Shown piece after piece: positions 26,731-38,000 of a DNA stretch of 64,000 nt (position 1 is its first letter; each line of letters opens with the position of its first letter). The position numbers and the translations under genes were made by a program. The DNA lies in sequence record OM319461.1; one strand, written 5' to 3'. The notes beneath the pieces are model-generated. The model saw nothing but the letters and a program-made list of their open reading frames with translations. It searched no databases and was not told the origin of the DNA.

Positions 26731-27422
26731 TATTTTTCCACCCGTGCTAATTCACCGGCAAGTACAGAACGAATTTCCATGTGGATATCGTCTGCATTGC
26801 GCATTTCGTTATTGTCCATAACATTAATTTTAGTTAGGTTGTATTCGTCAACCATGAAATCAAAGTTATCGATAACAATGTCCATGAACTCGGTATCGCC
26901 TTCGTGGATGTCGCGTCCTTCTCCGATAGCTTCACCGCGTGCATCGATAAGACCAAGTGCACGTTCTGTGGTAACGGCAAGATACAGAGCCACATGTGGA
27001 GGACTAACACCAACGTGATTAAACTCAATGTCTAACCAGCGTGAGATGTATTGATGTGGATCTTCATCACCATAGGTATACTCATGAGCTGCCTGATAAG
27101 CACCACCAGAGAAATAAGAGCGATCCAGGATAACGATGTCGCCACCTTCTAAGTCTTCTCGAATACCAGCAAAAGCAGCGGCACGGTCCAAGGCATAAAG
27201 ACCGGAGATATAGTCCGCTGGAATGTATTCAGGTTTGCCCAGTTGTCCGTCTAGATATGACTTAATTATTTTGCCCGTTGGTGAGGCATAGTCAGGAAAC
27301 TTTTGAATTCGAACCGTGTGACCGATTGACTCCAAGTAATCCTTTAGTTTTTCAATCTGCGTTGTTTTACCCGAGCCGCCCAAACCGTCGACCGAGATAA
27401 GTAGACCATCTTCTATAGACAT
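26730..27422 (-). CDS. tmk: thymidylate (dTMP) kinase
   Basis: ISVDGLGGSGKTTQ P-loop, RFP-like KFPDY, LDRSYFSGGAYQ. Confidence 0.88.
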   Translation of the reverse strand: MSIEDGLLISVDGLGGSGKTTQIEKLKDYLESIGHTVRIQKFPDYASPTGKIIKSYLDGQLGKPEYIPADYISGLYALDRAAAFAGIREDLEGGDIVILDRSYFSGGAYQAAHEYTYGDEDPHQYISRWLDIEFNHVGVSPPHVALYLAVTTERALGLIDARGEAIGEGRDIHEGDTEFMDIVIDNFDFMVDEYNLTKINVMDNNEMRNADDIHMEIRSVLAGELARVEK

Positions 27423-27484
27423 GGTGTTTACTCCATTTGTTTGTGTACACATATTAATCGGGCAAAAAATAAAAAAGGATAAGA

Positions 27485-27512
27485 CACACGACGACCCGAA
27501 GGTCGCCGTGTT
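27485..27512 (-). terminator. intrinsic terminator, UUCG loop
   Basis: CACGGCGACC-TTCG-GGTCGTCGTG plus U tract. Confidence 0.8.
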
Positions 27513-27516
27513 TATC

Positions 27517-27723
27517 TTAGTGAAGTAACATCATGTATGGTGCTGCCAGATAGCAGATACCAATGATGCACGCAACAGAAATAACTGTGGCAATTGTAAA
27601 GGCCACTAGGTCAATTGGGTTCCGTGTACACTCCCAGTCCTTGTATGCTGCCTTGGCAACACCTTCTACAAAGGACATGAACATATACAACAAAACGATA
27701 GAGCCAAGAGCTAGTAAGTACAT
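27517..27723 (-). CDS. small two-TM membrane protein
   Basis: Two hydrophobic segments; AAGGAG SD. Confidence 0.7.
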   Translation of the reverse strand: MYLLALGSIVLLYMFMSFVEGVAKAAYKDWECTRNPIDLVAFTIATVISVACIIGICYLAAPYMMLLH

Positions 27724-27732
27724 ACTGTCTCC

Positions 27733-28260
27733 TTAAAAGAAACGTGTAGTTAGACGACCCATTGCTTTAGGGAAGTTAACGATGTTTACTTGAATGCCAC
27801 CTTCGCGGTTGATGTAGATTGCTTCTTGTGTAACAATCTTTACTTCCATTGTGTCCTCGTCGATCACATGAACTGACGTTGGCATTGTTTGAACAAACCA
27901 CTCTTCGCCAGTCATTACATCGATTAACGGAGAATCACCGTGTGGCTGAACAACGTAGTCGTCCTTGCGTGCGATACGACGTTCCCTTGAAAAACCATCA
28001 GGTACAATGACGGCTAAATCGCCTGTCAGCTTGATGATCGCTGCATCGTACTGGTCCATTGCCAGGGTAAATGCTTTCTCGTATTCAAAGCAGCCACTTT
28101 CAGGGTTTACCAAATAGCGTCCTTTTTCACCGAGCTCTACGAGTACAAAGCCAACTTTGTTCGGTGTAAACATAATGCGTTGACTTTTACGTAGTGCACC
28201 AGACTTACGTACTTCTTCATGAAGTTCTTTGATAAGTTGCTCGTCACGAATCTTAGCCAT
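27733..28260 (-). CDS. hypothetical protein
   Basis: Packed ORF. Confidence 0.7.
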   Translation of the reverse strand: MAKIRDEQLIKELHEEVRKSGALRKSQRIMFTPNKVGFVLVELGEKGRYLVNPESGCFEYEKAFTLAMDQYDAAIIKLTGDLAVIVPDGFSRERRIARKDDYVVQPHGDSPLIDVMTGEEWFVQTMPTSVHVIDEDTMEVKIVTQEAIYINREGGIQVNIVNFPKAMGRLTTRFF

Positions 28261-28747
28261 TTTCTAACTCTCTTAATTGATTTCTTCGCTTCATCAGTAA
28301 GCGTCCTAAAACGTTTTCGCCCTCACCGGTTTCCCAGTCTACTCCAAAGTGTCGATCATTCCATCGATTAGCCTCTATGAGCAAACGGTCTCCGGTATCC
28401 AAGAGCTTTTGTTTTAGTGCAGGATTTAAATCCGAAAACTTTAAACATATGCCGTGCCACATAACTGGAATCTTTACGTCGTCCCAGTTATCGCGCACTG
28501 CTATGTTTGCTTCGACATAGGCTTTCGCCGCAGATGCAGTAATCTGGGCGGCAATAACTTTACGTTCTTCCCAATCGGTTGTTTTCATGGCCATGTAAAA
28601 ATGTTCCACGGTAGGAAACTTGATGATGTTTCCTTTTGGGTCACTTTTAACAATAGGATTTTCTAACACAGCGAAGTTACTTAGAAAACCATATTTTGCA
28701 CGAAAGCCATAAACACTTCCGTCGAAACGATGTACAGCAGTAGTCAT
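28253..28747 (-). CDS. NADAR (YbiA/DUF1768) family protein
   Basis: FLSNF, FPTVEHFYMAMK, LLDTGDRLLIEAN, GENVLGRLLMKRR. Confidence 0.9.
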   Translation of the reverse strand: MTTAVHRFDGSVYGFRAKYGFLSNFAVLENPIVKSDPKGNIIKFPTVEHFYMAMKTTDWEERKVIAAQITASAAKAYVEANIAVRDNWDDVKIPVMWHGICLKFSDLNPALKQKLLDTGDRLLIEANRWNDRHFGVDWETGEGENVLGRLLMKRRNQLRELENG

Positions 28748-28834
28748 AAACGCTCCTGTAATATCCTGACAGGGTATTAAAGAAAAACACCTGTCCAACT
28801 ATACAATGTAGGACAGATGTTAATCTAGAGGCGT

Positions 28835-29638
28835 TTAGTAGAACACATTGCTGATCTTGCGCAGTACATGTCGCACAAGCGTATGATCAACAGGAACGTG
28901 TTTATCGAAACGCATATTGCCGTCATGCTTGCATCGCGTTGTACCTTTCGGATACAAAATACGCGGACGCTCGTTTGCCTTGGCGCACACAGGGCATTCA
29001 AGTACATACTCTGGATCAGCGATGCCTGCTAGTCGACATGCTTCTACCCAATGGTCGTAAGTCAATAGACTCAAGTCTAACTCATTGATTGGTAGACTAT
29101 CTTTGCAGATAAGACGTTTGCCAATAGGACGAATAGCAATGAACTCAGCAGCACGTACAACAAGACATGGATAGCCCATAGAGCCTTCGAGCTTGAGTTC
29201 TTGGCCAAGATGTGCACCGAGTTGATCCAGTCCGATTGGATGCGTTACAAGATACGTACCTTGAGCTTCGAACCAATAGGTAGCCGATTTCAACAGATCG
29301 GTTTCTTTCCAGTCAACATAAGAAGACAGAAGCATCGGGATGTAGATCGTAACGATATCGCCATCCATGTCGATTGACATATTAGGGATCTTCCATACCG
29401 GCGTAGAACCAAGCTGTTCTTCGAAGGTAAATTCTTCTGTGCGTTCTAAGTCAATTGTGTCTTGTGGTACTAGATCGATGTCATCGTAGATTGTACCGTC
29501 GTGCATCTTGATGGTAGCAATCAGACGATTTTGAAACATGTTGACATAGTATGACAGAGACTTAACGTTCTTCAGGTAACGAGTACCGGTTACGTGAGCA
29601 ATAACATCTAGATGAGTTGTTTGGTGGCTGTATTGCAT
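28835..29638 (-). CDS. hypothetical protein, C-terminal CxxC
   Basis: CPVC...CKH. Confidence 0.7.
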   Translation of the reverse strand: MQYSHQTTHLDVIAHVTGTRYLKNVKSLSYYVNMFQNRLIATIKMHDGTIYDDIDLVPQDTIDLERTEEFTFEEQLGSTPVWKIPNMSIDMDGDIVTIYIPMLLSSYVDWKETDLLKSATYWFEAQGTYLVTHPIGLDQLGAHLGQELKLEGSMGYPCLVVRAAEFIAIRPIGKRLICKDSLPINELDLSLLTYDHWVEACRLAGIADPEYVLECPVCAKANERPRILYPKGTTRCKHDGNMRFDKHVPVDHTLVRHVLRKISNVFY

Positions 29639-29665
29639 GATAGTTACTCCAAATGAAAGTTTAGA

Positions 29666-30166
29666 TTAAGATACTTGTTTTACGTCGACGCGACGCATTA
29701 GTGTACTGTTGGCTTTTACTTCAGCCAAGATAGATTTATATGGACGCAGGACAGAGATGGTCTTTTCGCCACGACACGATGGACAGCGTAAAATAACTTC
29801 ACCATCAAAATCACTTTGGCGTTTAAGCGTACCGTCTTTTTCATAACACGCCTTGCAGACTTGCAGGTGAGTACGAATAGAGCGATTTTTCTTTGCATGC
29901 TCCATGACTTGTTCTTCAGTAAAGGTTGCCCATTCTGAATCATCCATTGGGCGTGCAGACAAACAACCAGCTGCAAGATACTCACCATTGATAACGCTTA
30001 GTGGTATGTTGGTTTCAGGATGAAACAGAATCACATAAGAAGGCCAGTCTTTGCCCAGGCTTGCAATTGTCGCTGCACTGTCAGATTTGATCAGGATATT
30101 GGCTACTTCTTGGTAGTCAAAGAAAACTTTCAATTGATCTGTGTAAGCGCGTGAACCAAGTTTCAT
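29666..30166 (-). CDS. zinc-ribbon hypothetical protein
   Basis: CKAC...CPSC. Confidence 0.7.
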   Translation of the reverse strand: MKLGSRAYTDQLKVFFDYQEVANILIKSDSAATIASLGKDWPSYVILFHPETNIPLSVINGEYLAAGCLSARPMDDSEWATFTEEQVMEHAKKNRSIRTHLQVCKACYEKDGTLKRQSDFDGEVILRCPSCRGEKTISVLRPYKSILAEVKANSTLMRRVDVKQVS

Positions 30167-30201
30167 AATAAATTCCTATTTAAACAAAAGATAAAAAGAA
30201 T

Positions 30202-30219
30202 AGGGAGCCGAAGCCCCCT
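30202..30219 (-). terminator. intrinsic terminator, UUCG loop
   Basis: AGGGGGC-TTCG-GCTCCCT plus U tract. Confidence 0.8.
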
Positions 30220-30224
30220 GTTGA

Positions 30225-32168
<1,944 letters not shown>

Positions 32169-32177
32169 TCACTTCGG

Positions 32178-32819
32178 TTATTCGGTTGTAAACGCCTTGC
32201 CCAACGAGATTTCTTGGGCCAGCACATCTGCTATAGAATGTCCTCGACCTATTCTTAATGAAATCTTTCTTGGCTCTACGTAACTGCTGCCTTTCTTAAA
32301 GGTTAATTGTCCTTTGTGAATGCACGGAGTTAAAAGCATTACTCGTCCCCAGTCTTCTTTGCCGAGTACTGAATGATGGAAGATCACAGAGTCGCCATGT
32401 GTGGCAGCGTATTCTTTTGTGATAGGATTCCATAAGCAGTACTCATGTTCTTTGGTAATATAGAAGACAAGTTTATTTGGATGTTCTTCTGTACGCGCAT
32501 AATCCATAAGTTCGAGAATGGTCTTCAATTCATTAAGGTTGTTCTCGGCCAAGAACTTTAGTGTATCGTTATGGTAGTCGATACTGTTGGCCAATAAGAA
32601 GCTAATGCGATTTTGGATGACTGGAATAACTGCTTCTTTTTCTAAGAGGCAGATTACGTGTTCGCTGTAACGACGATATAGATTCTTTTTATTGCGCATG
32701 TCATGATAGAGATCACGAAAGCGTACCTTTTGTTCGGTGACAACCCACAAGCGAGCACCGAGCACAAAACATATAAAGACCAGAATCATTGTTCCGACGA
32801 TCAAGATATTAGAACTCAT
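32178..32819 (-). CDS. single-TM hypothetical protein
   Basis: N-terminal TM helix. Confidence 0.7.
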   Translation of the reverse strand: MSSNILIVGTMILVFICFVLGARLWVVTEQKVRFRDLYHDMRNKKNLYRRYSEHVICLLEKEAVIPVIQNRISFLLANSIDYHNDTLKFLAENNLNELKTILELMDYARTEEHPNKLVFYITKEHEYCLWNPITKEYAATHGDSVIFHHSVLGKEDWGRVMLLTPCIHKGQLTFKKGSSYVEPRKISLRIGRGHSIADVLAQEISLGKAFTTE

Positions 32820-33574
32820 CGCTTTTCTCCTGTTAAACGGGCTTTGAGTGATTTGGCGGCGATAGAAGAAGTTTCATCTATCTCCAGAATAAATTGACTA
32901 AAATCGAGCAAGACAGTATTCCCACTGCTAAGACTATGTATTGCTCCATCGACATTTCTCGAAATGACGAAATCAGTTCGTCCTTTGCCGACAATAGCTT
33001 TTGGTAGACCCGATGACCCAGTGTCGTATTCATAGGTTTGGACTGTGTCGTTGAAGAGGAGTCTTGCTGGTCCTCTGCCAAAGATGTACTCGTAACGCTT
33101 TTCATTGCTTCTTCCTTGTCGGTGAGAAATAATGCGGTTAAGCTTATCGAACTTCAGGATTTGGTCATTGCCGTTTGGACCTTCAATAATCTGAGTCCAT
33201 TCTTCGTTGTCCCTGTGGATTGTTCGAACCAGTCCAGGTTTAACACAGCAGCGTGGGCCACGTCCAAGTTTACGTAGCTCATAAGAACCACCATCAAACT
33301 CAGCACGTACTGTAGTGCCTGCACGATGCTGTACAAGCTGTACGTGATCATGGTTATATGTCATGCCAATGCTACTGCCAAAACCTTTTAGGTGGCCATC
33401 CTCGTCCACGTTGAGCTTGTGATGTTCGAGAGTCAAACCAGCCGTATCCATCCATGAACCTTTGATCAAGGCAAGCTCGTCCCATGCCAGACCAATAAGT
33501 CCAGAAGCATCAATTAAGGGCCAAATGCTATCAGGCCATAGAACCCGCGCAAGGTGATGATTTAAATAGATCAT
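32816..33574 (-). CDS. hypothetical protein with YD/RHS-like repeats
   Basis: KFDKLNRIISH, RYEY, TYEYDTGSSGLPKAI; GGAGG SD. Confidence 0.65.
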   Translation of the reverse strand: MIYLNHHLARVLWPDSIWPLIDASGLIGLAWDELALIKGSWMDTAGLTLEHHKLNVDEDGHLKGFGSSIGMTYNHDHVQLVQHRAGTTVRAEFDGGSYELRKLGRGPRCCVKPGLVRTIHRDNEEWTQIIEGPNGNDQILKFDKLNRIISHRQGRSNEKRYEYIFGRGPARLLFNDTVQTYEYDTGSSGLPKAIVGKGRTDFVISRNVDGAIHSLSSGNTVLLDFSQFILEIDETSSIAAKSLKARLTGEKR

Positions 33575-33640
33575 TAACTATCCTCCGGTTAAAAACATAG
33601 AATTGCAAACAACTGTCAAAAAGAAAAAGAAGGAAAAGGA

Positions 33641-33668
33641 GAACCAGGGAGCCTAAGCTCCCCAGTTC
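33641..33668 (-). terminator. intrinsic terminator
   Basis: GAACTGGGGAGC-TTAG-GCTCCCTGGTTC plus U-rich tract. Confidence 0.8.
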
Positions 33669-34004
33669 TTATCGATGGTTTTTATCCTTGTAATCGGCAT
33701 AGCTTGGCTTTGTGCCAATTGCCGTACGCTTTCTATGAAAACCACGATCTAACTTGCGGTAAAACTCACAGATGGCGCATTTACCAGAACGACGATAGCG
33801 GATACTGAATGGTTGCTTTGTATTCGTAATCAAGTCACGAATGAAATGATTATTCTTACAAGGCGAACCAGCAAAGAATCGCAAACGTCTTGCATCGGCT
33901 TCACGCTTAGACCCAGCAATGGATTTAATTGTAACCGAAGAATTAAAGCGATCCTCTGGGGCGTTAGAAACAACACCTAACGGTATATGCACATCGATGG
34001 CCAT
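33669..34004 (-). CDS. small Zn-binding protein (FxGxPCxxxH...RxxxSGxCxxC)
   Basis: FFAGSPCKNNH...RYRRSGKCAICE. Confidence 0.6.
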   Translation of the reverse strand: MAIDVHIPLGVVSNAPEDRFNSSVTIKSIAGSKREADARRLRFFAGSPCKNNHFIRDLITNTKQPFSIRYRRSGKCAICEFYRKLDRGFHRKRTAIGTKPSYADYKDKNHR

Positions 34005-34031
34005 GGATTGTCCTTAGGTCATAAAGACCAA

Positions 34032-34835
34032 CTAAGCAGCTCGCAGCATCCCCATTGGCGTGCCCCAGATAACATTATCTTTGACATCACGAATTTCGAT
34101 ACGCGAATTGTAGCTCTTAAAGAAATCAAACCACTTCTGACAAGGAATGCCACTAGACCAGCGAATACCCGTAAAGTACGAATAGTATTCTTTACGTTCT
34201 TTTACTGATAAGCGCCACTCTTTCTCTTCAATGATCTTCAACATATGTGGACGAATACAACCATACTCGACATGTATACCATCTACATAAAGCTTTAAGT
34301 CAGCTCGCAGTAGATGTACAACAATATCTTCCATAGGAAAGACGCTCGTTGTATTGCATTCAATGTCCTCACATAAAGAGTTGAATTTGTTAAACTTATC
34401 TTCGGCAGGAAGATGATAGAAAAACATACCTGTGCCGAATTCATAACGATCGGTATGTGTTTCTGTTTTATCTCTAACAAAGAACTCAAAGTCAGAAGAC
34501 CAGTGGTTTAGCCAGTTGTTTAGATTGGCCAAAGATGACTTCGAACGTGGACGCATAAAATGCATTGCACGATCTACGGAGCTAGCGTTCGGAGTACGAG
34601 CATCCATTTTAAAGTCAGAGATAATCTGTCCGCAAACCCACAGACGATTACGATTTAACGTAGGGAAAAAGTTACGTCCCTTTGTGCGCTCGTTTGTTGC
34701 TTTAAACTTACGAGGATGCACCAAGATCTCGTAGTGCAGTGCTTCGACAAACTTGATGCCGTGCTCTACTGTTTCTGTGAACGGTTGAGTACCTGTTGTT
34801 TTAAATAGGTGTTTCATTGTATTGATGTTTTGCAT
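34032..34835 (-). CDS. hypothetical protein
   Basis: Long packed ORF. Confidence 0.7.
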   Translation of the reverse strand: MQNINTMKHLFKTTGTQPFTETVEHGIKFVEALHYEILVHPRKFKATNERTKGRNFFPTLNRNRLWVCGQIISDFKMDARTPNASSVDRAMHFMRPRSKSSLANLNNWLNHWSSDFEFFVRDKTETHTDRYEFGTGMFFYHLPAEDKFNKFNSLCEDIECNTTSVFPMEDIVVHLLRADLKLYVDGIHVEYGCIRPHMLKIIEEKEWRLSVKERKEYYSYFTGIRWSSGIPCQKWFDFFKSYNSRIEIRDVKDNVIWGTPMGMLRAA

Positions 34836-34870
34836 GAGATTATCTCTTATTAAAAATGGGATGGAATTAG

Positions 34871-35386
34871 TTATACTGACTCAAAGTCGCCAGCAAAGCC
34901 TTTTAGTGTTTCTACTCCTTCCGGCACTGGCATGCGTTTTAGTCGACCCATGATCTGGTTGTTTACCGCAGCTTCTCGCATGAACAGAGTATTGTTACTA
35001 GACTCACCTATGGCGTTGCGATCGAATTGACGGCCATAGCCATTACGAATAATGATGGCATGCAAAGAATGCACGGTTAGGTAGTATGTATTGCGCGGAC
35101 TGAAGTGCTTGTACCACGAGTGCTGTGCACGATGGAAAGAAGTCTTGTAGCAGAAAACCATGTACTTAGTACGGCGGAAGCGACGATAGATAAGTGTCTC
35201 ACCGTTAACGTAGCGCGCATAAAGCTTTACACCACGGATGTCTTGTACACCCAGATCATGCACAAACGATACGCGAGCAACACGTGTGATGCGGTAAAGA
35301 TTCTTTTCTGACTCCGTGATGCCTTTGCGAAGTAGTGGTTTAACAATACGACTACCGATTGCTTTAGAACGTTTACTTTGATTCAT
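34871..35386 (-). CDS. basic hypothetical protein
   Basis: AGGAG SD. Confidence 0.65.
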   Translation of the reverse strand: MNQSKRSKAIGSRIVKPLLRKGITESEKNLYRITRVARVSFVHDLGVQDIRGVKLYARYVNGETLIYRRFRRTKYMVFCYKTSFHRAQHSWYKHFSPRNTYYLTVHSLHAIIIRNGYGRQFDRNAIGESSNNTLFMREAAVNNQIMGRLKRMPVPEGVETLKGFAGDFESV

Positions 35387-35693
35387 CTTGCTCTCCTACT
35401 GTGTTGTGTGTGGTTGCCTTTGGATAAACAGGTTCTTCGTCAGTTGTGGCGAACGTGATAACCTGAGAGTCCTGCAACATGAAGTTTTGACTATGGACAA
35501 CAAAGCGTTTTAAGACCTTGCTTTGAAGCTTTGCAGCCAACTCTGATTTGATGCGCTGACGTAGTTCTTCGGTAAGCTGATGACTCACAACACTATCGCC
35601 ATGGATGATGGAATCACAAACCGAGTCTACGACGCTTTCCATTTCCGAGTAGTCCAAACGAAGGGGATCTAGAGTATCCGTGTTTTGCGTCAT
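35373..35693 (-). CDS. hypothetical protein (start MTQNTDT)
   Basis: GGAGAAACAAAT-ATG. Confidence 0.65.
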   Translation of the reverse strand: MTQNTDTLDPLRLDYSEMESVVDSVCDSIIHGDSVVSHQLTEELRQRIKSELAAKLQSKVLKRFVVHSQNFMLQDSQVITFATTDEEPVYPKATTHNTVGEQDESK

Positions 35694-36132
35694 ATTTGTT
35701 TCTCCAACGATCAAGTCGAGCAGCGGTCTTTTCAGACTCGCCGCGAATTACACGTTTACGTAAGTCACGATTCCATTCTAATGGAGTAACGCTGATTACG
35801 TTCTTTGGATGGTAGACTGATTGCAGGTCACCGGATTGAACTCCAGTAGCCACAACTTCAACGATCTCGAAATCGAATTCGTTGATTAGTCGTTCCATCT
35901 CCCATCGGCCATGCCAAGTCATAAGCATAGCCAGTTCGGGTACAGCACAACGCATCCCGCGCCAAAAGTCCAAACCTTCTTCTGTTGGTTCTGGCATAAT
36001 TGTCTCAGGACGGATGATATTGTTATATGGGTGCCTCCAAGCACCCATACCATCTTCTTTGTGTTGTAAACGATACAGCGTCTTAGGCTGCTTGGAATGA
36101 TACTTCTTTAAGGCATCCAGGGAAACGATCAT
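35614..36132 (-). CDS. hypothetical protein (start MIVSLDA)
   Basis: GGAG SD; YRLQHKEDGMGAW phage-like motif; overlaps both neighbours. Confidence 0.65.
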   Translation of the reverse strand: MIVSLDALKKYHSKQPKTLYRLQHKEDGMGAWRHPYNNIIRPETIMPEPTEEGLDFWRGMRCAVPELAMLMTWHGRWEMERLINEFDFEIVEVVATGVQSGDLQSVYHPKNVISVTPLEWNRDLRKRVIRGESEKTAARLDRWRNKYDAKHGYSRSPSFGLLGNGKRRRLGL

Positions 36133-36811
36133 TGTACTTCTCCAGTGATAGGAATAGGCGGAACGGGCCATGTGCGTTAGAATAGATGTTGATGATGTGT
36201 TTACCGATGAACTCGTAGCGATAGATCCAATCGCCATTTTGTTCGTAAACAGGCAAGCCACGACGATTAAGACACAGATGATTTGTACATGGGTACTGTG
36301 TAGTCCANTATGCAATTTCTTCTTCAGTTGCGTCGGCGTCGTGTACACGGTGTGGGTAGTAAACAGTTGCAGGAATGAAACTGTCACTGTAATAAGGACG
36401 ACCNATNTCAACGCCGTTGTTTACTTCGATGANGTTCATTGTNTCTTCGTCNACNAGNCATTCGATAACACCAAACGNAGTNGANGANGTCCACTTCAAG
36501 ATCTTNGCTTCTTCGTCNACNACTTGGATNTCAAAGAAAACNGTTTCTGATGTATGNACNGTATTGATTTCTTTNGATANCAAGAAACCATCNTTNCCGA
36601 AACGAAGTGTTTCCATNTANGGAAGCTTNNNNATCTTNAGNTGACGCTGCCAAACNGTTTGATCNTCNGCAATGATTTGTTTNAACTCAACNTCCAAGAA
36701 NGCNTTGATTACTTCCATAGGGAAATCATCNATACCAAGTTGACGNAGAATTTGAACTTGACGGAANCCNAGTAGGTGACANGCAGTNAGTACAGNTAGA
36801 TTGTTTTTCAT
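36083..36811 (-). CDS. hypothetical protein with polymorphic (N-rich) N-terminal part
   Basis: Ns fall mainly at third codon positions of this frame; GAGG SD; follows early promoter. Confidence 0.75.
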   Translation of the reverse strand: MKNNLXVXTXCHLXXFRQVQIXRQLGXDDFPMEVIXXFLXVEXKQIIXXDQXVWQRXXKXXKLXXMETLRFXXDGFLXXKEINXXHTSEXVFFXIQXXDEEXKILKWXXXTXFGVIEXXXDEXTMNXIEVNNGVXXGRPYYSDSFIPATVYYPHRVHDADATEEEIAXWTTQYPCTNHLCLNRRGLPVYEQNGDWIYRYEFIGKHIINIYSNAHGPFRLFLSLEKYNDRFPGCLKEVSFQAA

Positions 36812-36849
36812 AATAGCCTCTTTTAAGGTTTAGGGTTGATAATCACATT

Positions 36850-36863
36850 GGTAATATAGAGAT
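36850..36863 (-). promoter_or_regulatory. putative early promoter
   Basis: ATCTCTATATTACC. Confidence 0.75.
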
Positions 36864-36897
36864 CAACAACCGATGAAAAGAAAAAAAAAATAAGAAG

Positions 36898-36923
36898 AAG
36901 AGAGGAGCAAACGCTCCCCTCTT
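36898..36923 (-). terminator. intrinsic terminator
   Basis: AAGAGGGGAGC-GTTT-GCTCCTCTCTT plus long U tract. Confidence 0.85.
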
Positions 36924-36928
36924 TTCTT

Positions 36929-37990
36929 TTAGTCTTCTGAATCAGAATTACTTGAAGACTCAGCTGCTTCATCTTCGGCTTCGATCAACATTGTCTGCGG
37001 ATCTTTGTAACCACGACCAGGACCATCTAGATGAGTTAGAGTTTCATCTGCTTCTAGCATAAGAGCCTCTTCCTCTTCCAGGTCGTTTACTTCAATATCT
37101 TCTTCCTTTGTTGGAAAGAGAGATACCTCAAGATCCGAACGTGCATCATAGTCAAGCAGACGGTCCTCTAAGACGTACGTCTCTAAGTCAGTCAATTCAA
37201 ACTCAACGTTGATGTACGCTTCGTGAATCCATGTAGCCAAGAACAACAAACGCCAGTTGCATGAGCGAGTCTGTGTAACACAGCTATGTGCAGGAACCTT
37301 ACGGAAGTTGTTATGCATAACACGTGCCATCTGAATGCGTTGGCGTGCAGATAGATCATCACAGAAGCGATTGTGGTTATCAAAGTAATCTTCCAAGTGA
37401 CGATGTACTGTATGTCCAACAAAGAACTCTGAGTTTAGTTCTTCCAAAGAATAACAGAAACGATTCGTCTCAACAAGACTTAGCCAAGTTTCCACAAAGT
37501 CAAATGGGGCATCATTTTTGTCACGATGTGCAACTGTTTCGGCAAACGAGATCATCATTAAGCTGCGTACTGAATCCGGTACATTACCAAAGCGCGCTGC
37601 TGTAATATGATAGCCCATGCCTTCGCCATAGATTTCCAACATCATGCCAACCGCCCAATGTACCGAATCCATGCGGTTGGTGTTGTCCGTGAAGTCTTCT
37701 AAGGCAGTGGTCAAAGCTTTCTTGTACTTGTCCATGAAACTGATAAAAGCATCGATTTCGAACGTCTGTGTTGAAACGCCCACGTGCTGAGTGGTAACAG
37801 CATTGCGCACATAGGCCGTATCCAACAGAAAGTCTATAACTGGTTCTGTGCTGCCTTCTGCAAACGCAGTCGTGTCAGTAGACACTTTACGCAAACGGCG
37901 TTTTTCTCGCTCGCTGTGGATATAGAGCAAACCTAAAATAGTAACGGCAAGAATACCGATAGCAGTAACAACTAAAGTTTTGTAGTCCAT
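36929..37990 (-). CDS. single-TM protein with acidic C-terminal tail
   Basis: N-terminal TM; E/D/S-rich end. Confidence 0.75.
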   Translation of the reverse strand: MDYKTLVVTAIGILAVTILGLLYIHSEREKRRLRKVSTDTTAFAEGSTEPVIDFLLDTAYVRNAVTTQHVGVSTQTFEIDAFISFMDKYKKALTTALEDFTDNTNRMDSVHWAVGMMLEIYGEGMGYHITAARFGNVPDSVRSLMMISFAETVAHRDKNDAPFDFVETWLSLVETNRFCYSLEELNSEFFVGHTVHRHLEDYFDNHNRFCDDLSARQRIQMARVMHNNFRKVPAHSCVTQTRSCNWRLLFLATWIHEAYINVEFELTDLETYVLEDRLLDYDARSDLEVSLFPTKEEDIEVNDLEEEEALMLEADETLTHLDGPGRGYKDPQTMLIEAEDEAAESSSNSDSED

Positions 37991-38000
37991 GATGGATTCC

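Noticed and set aside
36308-36796. Diversity-generating retroelement variable region as cause of the N blocks (also 63415-63815)
   Set aside because: Ns are mainly at synonymous third positions of many codon types rather than at first/second adenines of AAY codons, and no reverse transcriptase or template repeat is visible in the window
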